From positions 62,001-126,000 of the IMG/VR virus record IMGVR_UViG_3300042691_042003: 64,000 nucleotides of DNA. The stretch is one strand, 5' to 3'. The notes below the pieces were generated by a model, which did no database searches, had not been told where the DNA came from, and saw nothing but the letters and a program-made list of their open reading frames with translations. Made by a program: the position numbers and the translations under genes. The number at the start of each line of letters is the position of its first letter. The first letter of the stretch is position 1. Shown in pieces: positions 8,820 to 18,297 of this stretch.

Positions 8820-10486
8820 GAATAATCGATGTTCAATGGAAAAATTTTAATAGCTATGGAAATATTCTACAGCATATTAATTTTGAAGAAAATAAAGGAG
8901 ATCTTTATTTACTTTTAGGTTCAAATGGGAATGGGAAAAGTACTATTGCTGAAGTTATAACTTTTGCACTTTATGGAAGGATCGAAAGAAAAAATAAATC
9001 AGATCTTCCAAATCGTTTAAATAAAAATCTTTGGTGTAGAATTGTATTTAAATCTAAAAATAAAAAGATTGAAATCGTAAGAGGAGTTTCTCCTGGTCTA
9101 TTTGAAGTTATGATAGATGGAGTTCCTTACGAAACTGCAGGTAATTCTAATGTTCAAGATTATTTAGAAAACGAAATTTTTGACATTCCGTATCAGGTTT
9201 TTAAAAATATTATTGTTCTTTCAATTAATGATTTTCGATCTTTTCTTACTATGTCTCCAGGAGATAAAAGAAATATTATAGATAGACTTTTTGGATTTAC
9301 TATCATAAATCAAATGAAAGATCAAATCAAAAATGAAAGAAAAGAGATTAAAGATCAAATCAAAACTATAAACGATGAATTAGGAATTATCGAAGAATCT
9401 ATAATCTCTATAAATTCAAAAATAAAAAATTTGGAAGATTCTAAGAAAGAAGATAAAAGCAAGCTAATTCAAGAGTATAAAGAAAAGATTCTCGATCTTC
9501 TAAAAACAAAAAAGAGCACTGAAGAAAATCTAAATAAAATAAAAGAATTAGAGAAGAAAATACACACTTCCTTTGATGAAAAGAAAGAAGAATATTCTAA
9601 ATTAGGATATGAAATAAAAGGAATTGAAGAAAAAATTGATCTTTATAACAATTCTCAATGTCCTACATGTGGTTCTGATTTAGATACGGAACATCACCAT
9701 ACTGAAAAAAGTAATCTTTGTACAAAAAGAGATGAAATAAAAGAAACGATAGAGACCTTAAAAAATTATCTTTCAGAAAATCAATCTAAAATTAAATCAA
9801 TAGGCGATAAAATAAAAGAAACAGAAAATTCTATTATTCGAATTAATCTAACGGTAGGACAATATAAAAATGAGATAGAGAAAGCCGTTAATGAAAATAA
9901 AGAAATGGATTCTAATTATCTTCAAGACTTAATAAATGAAAATGTTAAGAAGAAAGAGGAAAGGAAAAAATCTCATACTGAAAAAAGCTTAGAAGATACA
10001 TTTTTAGATGTAGTAGAAAATGTTTTAGGAGAAGATGGAGTTAAAAATCTTGCAGTAAAAACTATCCTTCCTTCTCTTAATCAAAATATTTCTAATATGT
10101 CTAAACAAATGCATCTTCCTTATTCAATTAAATTTAACGATAAATTTGATTGTGTAATAAATGCTTTAGGGGAAGAAATAAATCCTCGAACTATGTCAAC
10201 TGGAGAAAGAAAAAAAGCAGATTTTATTATTATCATTGCTCTTCTTAAACTTCTAAAAATTCGTTATCCTTCTCTAAATATTCTTTTTCTTGACGAAATA
10301 TTTTCTTCTGTAGATTCAGGAGGAGTTTATGAAATTATTAAGATTTTAAGAGAAATTTCTAAAGAAAATTTATTGAATACCTGGGTAATTAATCATACCG
10401 AGCTACCAATGGAACTTTTTGATAAAAAAGTTGAAGTTCAAAAAGAAGGAGGATTTTCTAGAATAACTTTAGAAAACATAACGTAA
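8816..10486 (+). CDS. Recombination ATPase subunit (gp46 / Rad50-SbcC family)
   Basis: GSNGNGKST Walker A, coiled coil with CPTCG zinc hook, MSTGE signature, LFLDE Walker B. Confidence 0.94.
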   Translation: MRIIDVQWKNFNSYGNILQHINFEENKGDLYLLLGSNGNGKSTIAEVITFALYGRIERKNKSDLPNRLNKNLWCRIVFKSKNKKIEIVRGVSPGLFEVMIDGVPYETAGNSNVQDYLENEIFDIPYQVFKNIIVLSINDFRSFLTMSPGDKRNIIDRLFGFTIINQMKDQIKNERKEIKDQIKTINDELGIIEESIISINSKIKNLEDSKKEDKSKLIQEYKEKILDLLKTKKSTEENLNKIKELEKKIHTSFDEKKEEYSKLGYEIKGIEEKIDLYNNSQCPTCGSDLDTEHHHTEKSNLCTKRDEIKETIETLKNYLSENQSKIKSIGDKIKETENSIIRINLTVGQYKNEIEKAVNENKEMDSNYLQDLINENVKKKEERKKSHTEKSLEDTFLDVVENVLGEDGVKNLAVKTILPSLNQNISNMSKQMHLPYSIKFNDKFDCVINALGEEINPRTMSTGERKKADFIIIIALLKLLKIRYPSLNILFLDEIFSSVDSGGVYEIIKILREISKENLLNTWVINHTELPMELFDKKVEVQKEGGFSRITLENIT

Positions 10487-10496
10487 AATTGAGATA

Positions 10497-10505
10497 GATA
10501 TATAA
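10497..10505 (+). promoter_or_regulatory. Candidate late promoter, consensus RATAWATA
   Basis: GATATATAA; the motif recurs at 11624, 16594, 18272, 19930, 21814, 23584, 29953, 37439, 42980, 46389, 53827, 62799 before structural genes. Confidence 0.6.
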
Positions 10506-10517
10506 TAAATCTCAATT

Positions 10518-11618
10518 ATGGCTGTATACGATTTACATTTTAATAAGGATGATGTAGCAATTAGAAACATCATTATCGGTCTTTTAGCAACTTTATCTGA
10601 TAACATCTATTGGTATAATCAAATAGGAACAAAAAAAGATGAAGTAAGAAAAATAAACGTCCCTTTTTATTTTAGTACTACAGGAACAGAAAGATATTTA
10701 CAAGATAATTTCTTGAATAATATCGATTTTGATCCTGAAATGCTTCAGGCTGAAACTTTTTATAATAAGATTCCGAGAGGAATCGTTAATTTTGAAGCTT
10801 TTTCTATTGAAACACAAGCCATAGTTAATAAGTATGTTAGAATGAATCATTTAAAGCAAGAGCTTGATGGTACACTTAATACTTATAATTCAGAAGCTTT
10901 TATGGTCCCTATTATTATGGACATAAATACAGAAATTCATGTTGATTCTATTCTAGATCAAATGAAATGTTCTGAGGCTATAATCCGAACCTTCTATAAA
11001 GCGAAAGCTTATCAAGTCGATATAGCATATACTAGAATTCCTTGCCTTATAACATTTCCGGATGATTATACTAGTGAAAGGACTGTTGAATTTTCCTTTA
11101 GTGATAAAAAGGAATTTAAAGTTAATTTTTCTCTACAAGTTAAATCCCATATACCTGTATTTAAAGAAGGAACTGAAATATTTGCAGGAACTAATATGGG
11201 AGCTTTTCAAGCAGGAACTTTTATTCCTCCTTCAATAGGTAATGTTTCTAAATCTACTAATTCTTCTGCCAAAGTAGGAGTAGATGGAAGTCCTATTAAT
11301 AACTCTAATACAGGATCTAATACAGGATCTAATACAGGGTCTGGTAATGGATCTGATAATGGATCCAGTAATGGATCAAATAATTCTAATCAAGGAATAT
11401 CACCAAATACAGGTTTAGGGGGTGGAGGAGATTCTATGTATTCAAATACTAATTCTTCTGTTTCATCCTTATCTGCTCCAAGAGGAGAAACCGGATCTTC
11501 TAGTACTGTAGGTTATAATCCAGGAAAGACTGGATCCACTTATGATGGTATATCCGGTAACGATCCTTCATGGCCTATAAATCCTAGGACCGATTTTCCT
11601 CCTAGGCCTTCTAATTAA
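10518..11618 (+). CDS. Tail terminator / sheath stabiliser (gp15-like) with G/S/N-rich C-terminal extension
   Basis: IRNIIIGLL..L, INVPFYF, IPRG, VPIIMD..., DQMKCSEAI follow the gp15 pattern; last ~130 aa low complexity. Confidence 0.7.
   Translation: MAVYDLHFNKDDVAIRNIIIGLLATLSDNIYWYNQIGTKKDEVRKINVPFYFSTTGTERYLQDNFLNNIDFDPEMLQAETFYNKIPRGIVNFEAFSIETQAIVNKYVRMNHLKQELDGTLNTYNSEAFMVPIIMDINTEIHVDSILDQMKCSEAIIRTFYKAKAYQVDIAYTRIPCLITFPDDYTSERTVEFSFSDKKEFKVNFSLQVKSHIPVFKEGTEIFAGTNMGAFQAGTFIPPSIGNVSKSTNSSAKVGVDGSPINNSNTGSNTGSNTGSGNGSDNGSSNGSNNSNQGISPNTGLGGGGDSMYSNTNSSVSSLSAPRGETGSSSTVGYNPGKTGSTYDGISGNDPSWPINPRTDFPPRPSN
11304..11339 (+). repeat. 3 x 12-bp tandem repeat (TCTAATACAGGA) encoding SNTG
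   Basis: Read directly from the sequence. Confidence 0.9.
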
Positions 11619-11652
11619 AACAAGATATATAAATTAAATAAAATTTTAGTCG

Positions 11653-12441
11653 ATGGGACTTATTAAATCGTACGATGAATTTATTAATGAGAATTTGTAT
11701 GGACAATATTCATATTATGGTGCAGGTTCTCTTTATCCAATCGTTAGTAAATTAGCAACTGAAGGAAAAAATCCTCAACAAATTTATCTTTATCTTACTA
11801 CTTTAGGTATTGATGAAGAAAGAAAAAGAAAAGTTATTACTCAAGTTTTTTTAAATGAATCTATAGATTTCGATTCTATTCAAGAAAAGGGAGGACTTTA
11901 TGAGGATGATGTAGAAGATATTCTTAAGGCAGATACAAAAGATCTTGAAAAGGGTATTGAACCTTCAAAAGCTAAATCTGAAAAAGATGAAGAAATAAAG
12001 AAAATTTTAGATACTTCTAAGTCTGATGAAGATGATGAAGAGAAAGAAGAAGAGAATGTAGAAAAGGATAAAGAAGACGTTTCTACGAAAGTTTCTGCTA
12101 TACAATCAGTTCTTAAAGATGCTCAAAAATTAGAAAAAATTAAGAAAATCCTTTCTGAATCTATGGGATTCGATATAGATGGAGTTGATGATGAAGTTTT
12201 AATGAATATTTTTAATTATCATAAAGTTATTGAAGCTCTTACTCCAGCAGAAAAAGATAAATTAAAACCTTCTGATTTTATATTTCCTGATAAAAGATCT
12301 TGGCCAATCCATGATGAAAAGCATGCTAAAACTGCTTTAGTTTGGGCTACTTGGCCTCAATATAAAAATATAAAAAATGAGGTAGTTTCTGCAGTTATTA
12401 AAAGATATCCACAACTAAAAGGAATAGGAGCTTCTAAATAA
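11653..12441 (+). CDS. Putative head internal protein with capsid-targeting-like leader and C-terminal DUF6582-like domain
   Basis: MGLIKSYDEFINE leader; LTPAEKDKLKPSDFIFPDKRSWPIHDEKHAKTAL domain after VIE/A. Confidence 0.6.
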   Translation: MGLIKSYDEFINENLYGQYSYYGAGSLYPIVSKLATEGKNPQQIYLYLTTLGIDEERKRKVITQVFLNESIDFDSIQEKGGLYEDDVEDILKADTKDLEKGIEPSKAKSEKDEEIKKILDTSKSDEDDEEKEEENVEKDKEDVSTKVSAIQSVLKDAQKLEKIKKILSESMGFDIDGVDDEVLMNIFNYHKVIEALTPAEKDKLKPSDFIFPDKRSWPIHDEKHAKTALVWATWPQYKNIKNEVVSAVIKRYPQLKGIGASK

Positions 12442-12469
12442 AAAGATTATAATAAAAAAATCCATAAAA

Positions 12470-14029
12470 ATGTCTAAACTTAAAACAAGTTACAGTACAA
12501 TCTCTTTAAGAGATAATCTTTCTAATCTATACAAAGATTTAGATAAAAACACTTTGTACTCTTCTATTTTATCACTTCGCCTTAATACAGTTTTAGAAAT
12601 GCAAAAAAATGAAATACATTCTTCTATTTTTTCTGATTCTGACGAAGATAAAGGATTTATTTCTCGTCTTTCTATTGTAGAAAATTTGATTAAAGATTTG
12701 AAGATGTATAATTTTGTTCCTTCTATTAAGAAATTTATAGAAGAAAATGAACAAATCTTAGAAGAAAATAAATTAGAAATAGCTGTAGAGAAAACTTTGC
12801 ATTCTCTTAAAAATGATAAAAATACAAAATTCTACGAAAAAGCTATAATTGATCTAAAGGAATCTTTTGAAACAGAAAATCCTTTATTTTCTATCGTAGA
12901 AAATATGAAACAGCACGTTTGGATTCCTTCTATTAAAAATCTTTATGAATTTGCTAAATTTCAAAAAGGATCTATTACTGAAGTAAACCCTAATTTTAGA
13001 GTAACTAAAATTTATTCTCCAGTAGAACCTATAAATGAAAATTCATTTAATTTTTATTCTTCAGGAAAGGTTCTTAATTATAATGACGGTGAAATTACTG
13101 AATCAGAATCTAAAACTTCGGAAGATTTTAATTTCTTAGTTTCTATTGTTGAATCTGCTAAAATTACAGATAATAATATTAGATTCCTATTTAATAATTC
13201 AATTCTTGATATTAAATTAGGAGAGGATAAAAAAGCCTTAGTAAATCATAAAATTGTTGAATCTAAAAATTTAAGAGATTATCTTCTTTCAACTGCTTTA
13301 GTTCCTTATTCAGAAAAAAATAAAGTAGCTATTTTCGAAAGAGCTCTCGAAAAAGGATCAGATATTAAAGAAATCGATCTTGGATATAAAGTTACTTCTA
13401 ATATATATGAAGGTCTTTCTTGTTCTATATTTAATTCAAATAACAGAATTTTTATTCAGAAAGTAAATAAAGGAATGAAAGAAAATTCTATAGTTGAAGC
13501 TGAATCTCCTTCTGATGCAGTTAATATTGTTAAGAATTTTATGAATTTTGATATTTCTGAATCTATTAAGGATTTAATTGTAACAGAATCTATTGAAATT
13601 GCTAAAAGAAAAGAAGAAACTGAAAAAATTAAAAATCGAATTGCTTTCTTAATGGAAAAGCTTGCTGAAGTAGAATCAGTTGAATCAGAAATTGGGAAGA
13701 ATCCTAGAATTTTAGAAGCTAAAAAACTTCTTGAAGATCAAATAATTGCTCAAAATAAAAAATTAAGTGTAATTGAAGGTGTAGAAATTCCTTTCACTCC
13801 TTCTATGGGAGGTCCTAAAGTAGGAACCGCTAAGATTGCAACAAAAAATGATTTAAAAGCTGGCAAAGAATACACATTAAATGGAAAAGGAGGATATATT
13901 TTCCAGGGTGTTGCCGATGATATTTATATTTTTAATCATAAAGATGAAACCGATCCTTCACCTATTCATATGAATAATGTAGAGGTAGAAAATTCTATCT
14001 CAAAAGGAGAAATCACTGAATGTTATTAA
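12470..14029 (+). CDS. Putative virion/prohead protein
   Basis: 519 aa in late operon; many (I/V)xE-S/G sites; C-terminal module shared with 16620..17015. Confidence 0.55.
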   Translation: MSKLKTSYSTISLRDNLSNLYKDLDKNTLYSSILSLRLNTVLEMQKNEIHSSIFSDSDEDKGFISRLSIVENLIKDLKMYNFVPSIKKFIEENEQILEENKLEIAVEKTLHSLKNDKNTKFYEKAIIDLKESFETENPLFSIVENMKQHVWIPSIKNLYEFAKFQKGSITEVNPNFRVTKIYSPVEPINENSFNFYSSGKVLNYNDGEITESESKTSEDFNFLVSIVESAKITDNNIRFLFNNSILDIKLGEDKKALVNHKIVESKNLRDYLLSTALVPYSEKNKVAIFERALEKGSDIKEIDLGYKVTSNIYEGLSCSIFNSNNRIFIQKVNKGMKENSIVEAESPSDAVNIVKNFMNFDISESIKDLIVTESIEIAKRKEETEKIKNRIAFLMEKLAEVESVESEIGKNPRILEAKKLLEDQIIAQNKKLSVIEGVEIPFTPSMGGPKVGTAKIATKNDLKAGKEYTLNGKGGYIFQGVADDIYIFNHKDETDPSPIHMNNVEVENSISKGEITECY

Positions 14030-14030
14030 A

Positions 14031-14387
14031 ATGTACGTAAAACCTAAAGAATTCTATGAGGAAATTTGTATTTCCCTAGAACAAAAAAAGTTAACCAAAA
14101 AGGCACAGGATATGCTTATCCTTATTGCCTATAGAGCTAATACTAAGCTGACTTATGAAAACCCTATGGATAGGGAAGATTGTATTTCTTTTGCCCTTTT
14201 GGACCTTTTTAAATATTGGGATCGATTTAAACCTGAAAAAACAAAAAATGCGTTTGCTTTTTTTACACAAGTAGCAAAGAATGGTTATGCTAAAGGTTGG
14301 AATAAATTAAGACCTGGAAAATACAAAGGAACCATTTCTCTTAGTGGAAAAAGCAATGCAGATTCCGATGGAATATATTCTGTATAA
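14031..14387 (+). CDS. Late-transcription sigma factor (gp55-like)
   Basis: YVKPKEFYEEI start; REDCISFALLDLFKYWDRFKPEKTKNAFAFFTQVAKN matches the gp55 region-2 pattern. Confidence 0.8.
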   Translation: MYVKPKEFYEEICISLEQKKLTKKAQDMLILIAYRANTKLTYENPMDREDCISFALLDLFKYWDRFKPEKTKNAFAFFTQVAKNGYAKGWNKLRPGKYKGTISLSGKSNADSDGIYSV

Positions 14388-14839
14388 TGAAGAATCTTCT
14401 TACATACGATCAATTTAATGAACAATACCTTCCTTATTTTGGAGTAAAACAAGCCTTAGATGATTCTAAGAATTTCATTACGAATGAGGAAAAAATGTCT
14501 GATTTTCATAGAATTTATACTATGAGTCCTACTTGGTGGATTGCTTGGAAAAGAGAAAATGGAGAAGATTATGGAATTAAACAAGATGCATTTTCTAAAA
14601 CTTATTCGGTTTCTAAAGGAGGAAAAGTTTCTTTTATTTTTGATTATGGTAGAAATAAAGTTTTTACTAATGAATCTCCTGAAATTTTAAAGTTAAAAAA
14701 AGATTTATCTCAAAAAGAATTCGATAAAATAAAAGATAAAGCCGAAGGGGTTGGAAAACCCAAAGAAGATAAAGGAGAAAAGAAAGAAAAAAAGAAAGAA
14801 AAAGGAGCAGATGACATCATGTCATCATTAGGAATATAA
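14387..14839 (+). CDS. Putative head internal protein (leader MKNLLTYDQFNE)
   Basis: Shared N-terminal leader; charged C-terminus. Confidence 0.6.
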   Translation: MKNLLTYDQFNEQYLPYFGVKQALDDSKNFITNEEKMSDFHRIYTMSPTWWIAWKRENGEDYGIKQDAFSKTYSVSKGGKVSFIFDYGRNKVFTNESPEILKLKKDLSQKEFDKIKDKAEGVGKPKEDKGEKKEKKKEKGADDIMSSLGI

Positions 14840-14860
14840 AAAAAAATAAAAAAATAAAAA

Positions 14861-15778
14861 ATGAAAAATATTTTAACATTTGAAAACTTTATTAATGAAT
14901 CTTCGGATTTTAATGGCTTCGATAAAGACGACAATGATTTAATTTATGAATTAAATTACATGTATAATTTATTTGGATCCGGAAGGGATAACAGAAAAAC
15001 CAGGACATATGAATCTAATTTATTGTCTATTTATGAGTACTTTATGGAAAGTAACGAAGAATTTAGTCAATCTATCCTTGATAATTTACTTTTTGAAGCA
15101 GATGAAGAGAAAGAATTAAAAAAAGATATGCAAGCTAGAGATGAATTGGAAATGGGAGATAAATCACTTCCTATGAAAGTAGCTAGACTTATAACATGGA
15201 TTCCCCCTTTTACTCCAGTTAGAATAGGTTATGAACTTCTTAAAATTGTTGATAAAAAAGAAAAGATTAAGAAGCTTTTGAAAAATGTTCCTGAAGGTCC
15301 AAAAAAAGAAAAATTAAGAGCAGAATTAAATAATCTAAAACATAGTCAAGTTAATGCAGTTGCTCAATTAAAGAAAGCTAGAGTAACTAAAGAAGTAGGA
15401 ATTAGATATTCAAAACCTGATCAAGTTGTTCGTCAAGAAGTTAAACAAGTAAAGGATTCTTACAATTATGAAAACGACGAGGATATTCTAGAAAATATTT
15501 ATTTTGAAGGTCTTTCTAAGATTGTTAATATACTTGAAGCAAAAGGAAAAATTAGTGCTGAACAGAAAGAGAAAATTATGAAGCAAGCTGAATCTAAAGG
15601 TAAGGCCGAAGGAAAATCTTTAGCTTCAAAAGCTCAAAGTATTGCAAAGAAAATTTCTCAAAACCCTGATAAAAAGGCTGAAGCTTTAGACTCTTTAAAA
15701 CAAAAAGCAGAATCTGAAAAGGAAGCTTGGAAGAAATTAAAGCAAAAAGCAGAAGAAAAAGGAATTACTTTAGGATAA
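14861..15778 (+). CDS. Putative head internal protein (leader MKNILTFENFINE)
   Basis: Shared leader; internal LFE/A and ILE/A sites; Lys-rich helical segments. Confidence 0.6.
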   Translation: MKNILTFENFINESSDFNGFDKDDNDLIYELNYMYNLFGSGRDNRKTRTYESNLLSIYEYFMESNEEFSQSILDNLLFEADEEKELKKDMQARDELEMGDKSLPMKVARLITWIPPFTPVRIGYELLKIVDKKEKIKKLLKNVPEGPKKEKLRAELNNLKHSQVNAVAQLKKARVTKEVGIRYSKPDQVVRQEVKQVKDSYNYENDEDILENIYFEGLSKIVNILEAKGKISAEQKEKIMKQAESKGKAEGKSLASKAQSIAKKISQNPDKKAEALDSLKQKAESEKEAWKKLKQKAEEKGITLG

Positions 15779-16593
15779 TGAAGAATTTGAAAACATACGA
15801 AGAATTTTTAAATGAATCGATTCCTTCTTACTCTTTTGATGGAAATCAAATTGAAGTGGGATCTTCGGTTCAGTCTTTGGATGGATTTTCAGGCATTATA
15901 ATTTCAAAAGAAATTTCTAACGGTAAAGTTTCTTTTAGAGATAATAAAGGAATTATTCACATCTGTGAATCAAAAGATCTTATTATCGATGATTTAAATG
16001 AGGGATTAAAATGGTGGGATATAGCTAAAGGTATTGTTGCTTCAGATGCTATTAAAACCGGACCTAATTTTAAGAACGGAAGTATTCTTTCTACTTTAAT
16101 TTCTTTAGCATGGAGAGATAAAATTACAAATAAAATTGAATCTATAAGAAATAAGCCAGGTTATGATGAAATGAAAGATGTTGCTTTTACTCTAGCTGAT
16201 AAATTAAGTAACGATCCTAGAATGTATGGGTTAGTTAACAAATTAGCTAGTCATCCTAGAATAACTACAATTTTTACTCCTTCTCAAAAAGAAAAAATAA
16301 AAGCTGCTAAAGTTAATTTAGAAAGACAACAAATTATTAAAGATATTTCTAGTTATATCAATGATTCTTTAACTCCTGAAGAAAAGAAATTTTTTGATGA
16401 TATAAATAATTTAATTAAAATAAAAAACCCAGAATCCGAAGAAATAGAAGAAGATGTTACAACCGATCCTAACAGAACAGTCGGAACCGGAACATACACA
16501 ACTACACATTCGGATCCAAATGTTTTAACTAAAGGATATTCTAATACTACCGATTCTGGATCTAATGGAAGCTATCCGGTTTATATAGGCTAA
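15778..16593 (+). CDS. Putative head internal protein (leader MKNLKTYEEFLNE)
   Basis: ATG at 15778 (TAATG overlap) preferred over TTG 15727; second LNE/G site inside. Confidence 0.65.
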   Translation: MKNLKTYEEFLNESIPSYSFDGNQIEVGSSVQSLDGFSGIIISKEISNGKVSFRDNKGIIHICESKDLIIDDLNEGLKWWDIAKGIVASDAIKTGPNFKNGSILSTLISLAWRDKITNKIESIRNKPGYDEMKDVAFTLADKLSNDPRMYGLVNKLASHPRITTIFTPSQKEKIKAAKVNLERQQIIKDISSYINDSLTPEEKKFFDDINNLIKIKNPESEEIEEDVTTDPNRTVGTGTYTTTHSDPNVLTKGYSNTTDSGSNGSYPVYIG

Positions 16594-16619
16594 GATAAAT
16601 ATAAAAAAATAAATTTTAA

Positions 16620-17015
16620 ATGAAAAATTTACTCTCTTTTGAAGAATACATTAATGAAAATTACATCCAAGAAGCCACAGATGCTGATGGGTTTGATCCT
16701 GCTAAAGGAAATGTAACAGATCCTGAAAAAGGTGATATTAAAGCAACTACTGGGAAAAATAATGACCCTGGATTTACTTCGGATCAAGCTCCTGATAAAA
16801 TTGCAAGTCCTGTTTCTACTATTTCTGATATGAAACCAGGTAAAGAATATGTTCTTACCGTAGATGGTAAAAAACATACTGATATGCTTTATCAAGGTGT
16901 TACTGATGGAGTTCATATTTTTAACGGAGAAGATAAGGCTCATGATATCACTTTTACCGATTCTGATTTATCCTCTGTTATCTCTAAAGGTGGTGTAGTA
17001 GAAGTTGCCGAATAA
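16620..17015 (+). CDS. Putative head internal protein (leader MKNLLSFEEYINE)
   Basis: Shared leader; preceded by GATAAATA; C-terminal module shared with 12470..14029. Confidence 0.65.
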   Translation: MKNLLSFEEYINENYIQEATDADGFDPAKGNVTDPEKGDIKATTGKNNDPGFTSDQAPDKIASPVSTISDMKPGKEYVLTVDGKKHTDMLYQGVTDGVHIFNGEDKAHDITFTDSDLSSVISKGGVVEVAE

Positions 17016-17033
17016 TTTCTACTTATATTACTT

Positions 17034-17513
17034 ATGCATTCAATAAAGAATAATAAACCTTCTAAGAAATCAGGATTTCAACAAGGTTATTTTCCTATAA
17101 ACGAATGTAAGAAATATCAAGGTAAAGGTCCTATAATTTATAGATCTTCTTGGGAGAAAAAATTTTGTTTATATTGTGAAAGGAATCCGGCGATCGTATC
17201 TTGGTCGTCGGAATCTTTCGTTATAAGGTATTTTAATCCTCTTGATAATAAATATCATAATTATTTCCCTGATTACGTTTTAAAATTAGAAAGCGGAGAA
17301 ATTTTTATAGTTGAAGTAAAACCTAAAGCTCAATTAATAAAACCGGATCCTCCAAAGAAAAAAACTCCTAAGGCTTTAAAGTCTTATAAATGGCTTTATG
17401 AAACTTGGGTTACAAATATGTGTAAAAAGGCTGCTGCCGAAGAATTTGCTAAAGAAAGAGGATGGAAGTTTCTTCTCGTAACTGAAGATTTTTTTAAAGT
17501 TAGATCAGAATAA
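17034..17513 (+). CDS. Head completion protein (gp4-like, TnsA-type nuclease fold)
   Basis: KYQG, YRSSWE, WSSE, YFPD, VEVKP, K..AA..F...GW.F...TE. Confidence 0.9.
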   Translation: MHSIKNNKPSKKSGFQQGYFPINECKKYQGKGPIIYRSSWEKKFCLYCERNPAIVSWSSESFVIRYFNPLDNKYHNYFPDYVLKLESGEIFIVEVKPKAQLIKPDPPKKKTPKALKSYKWLYETWVTNMCKKAAAEEFAKERGWKFLLVTEDFFKVRSE

Positions 17514-18259
17514 TGAAATTAATATCTAATTTTTTAGAATATATAATAGATCTTTTAAATCTTCAGCTTAGTACTTCTACTGAAGGAGAGAAAGAAGAAA
17601 TTATTACGGCAAAAAATGCTTATGAATGGTTTCTTAAAGAATCCGAAGATAAGAATAGTAAAAGAGTTGAAATAAATAAAGATCCTCTTTTATATCCTGG
17701 TAAAATTTATGTTTTTAAATATAATGCAAAATACAAAAACGTTTTAGATTATTGGGATAAACATCCAATAGTTCTAGTTTTAGGAAATTTACAAGGGGAA
17801 AAAGGGAAAATCGTTTTAGGTCTTAATATTAGTTGGTATCCTCCTGCAGCTAGAAAGTATATTGTTGAAACAATCAGGAAAATATATTCCTCAAAATATA
17901 AAGAGGCTATTATGAAAAAAAGTTATCAAGCTAATTCTCAAGCCCCTGTTTATTTAGATTTATACCAACTTAAAAATTTTTTAGATCAATATGGATTTTC
18001 TTTTGCTTTGAGATCTTATATTCCTGGTCAGATAATAGCTCCTAAATATTGTATATGCTATGAAGATTGGGACAAAGCAGTTTTACTAGATCAACCTAGG
18101 ATTTTCCCTGAATTAGAAGTTAATGATCCTTTTTATTCTCTAAGAAATATTTATGAAGAATTTAAGAATCATATAAAATATCAAAGAAATAATAAATCTG
18201 ATTTAAAAATAAAAAGAGACGAAGCAAAAGCTAAAGGAAAATATAAATTTACTAAGTAA
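17513..18259 (+). CDS. DNA end protector protein (gp2-like)
   Basis: PGKIYVFKYNAKYK..LDYWDKHP.VL, GLNISWYPP..R. Confidence 0.8.
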   Translation: MKLISNFLEYIIDLLNLQLSTSTEGEKEEIITAKNAYEWFLKESEDKNSKRVEINKDPLLYPGKIYVFKYNAKYKNVLDYWDKHPIVLVLGNLQGEKGKIVLGLNISWYPPAARKYIVETIRKIYSSKYKEAIMKKSYQANSQAPVYLDLYQLKNFLDQYGFSFALRSYIPGQIIAPKYCICYEDWDKAVLLDQPRIFPELEVNDPFYSLRNIYEEFKNHIKYQRNNKSDLKIKRDEAKAKGKYKFTK

Positions 18260-18297
18260 GTTTTTTATTCGAATATATAATATAATAATAGAAAAAT

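Noticed and set aside
17034-17513. TnsA-like nuclease as sign of a Tn7 transposon
   Set aside because: Context between head genes, next to gp2 and portal, fits T4 gp4 head completion protein; no other tns genes
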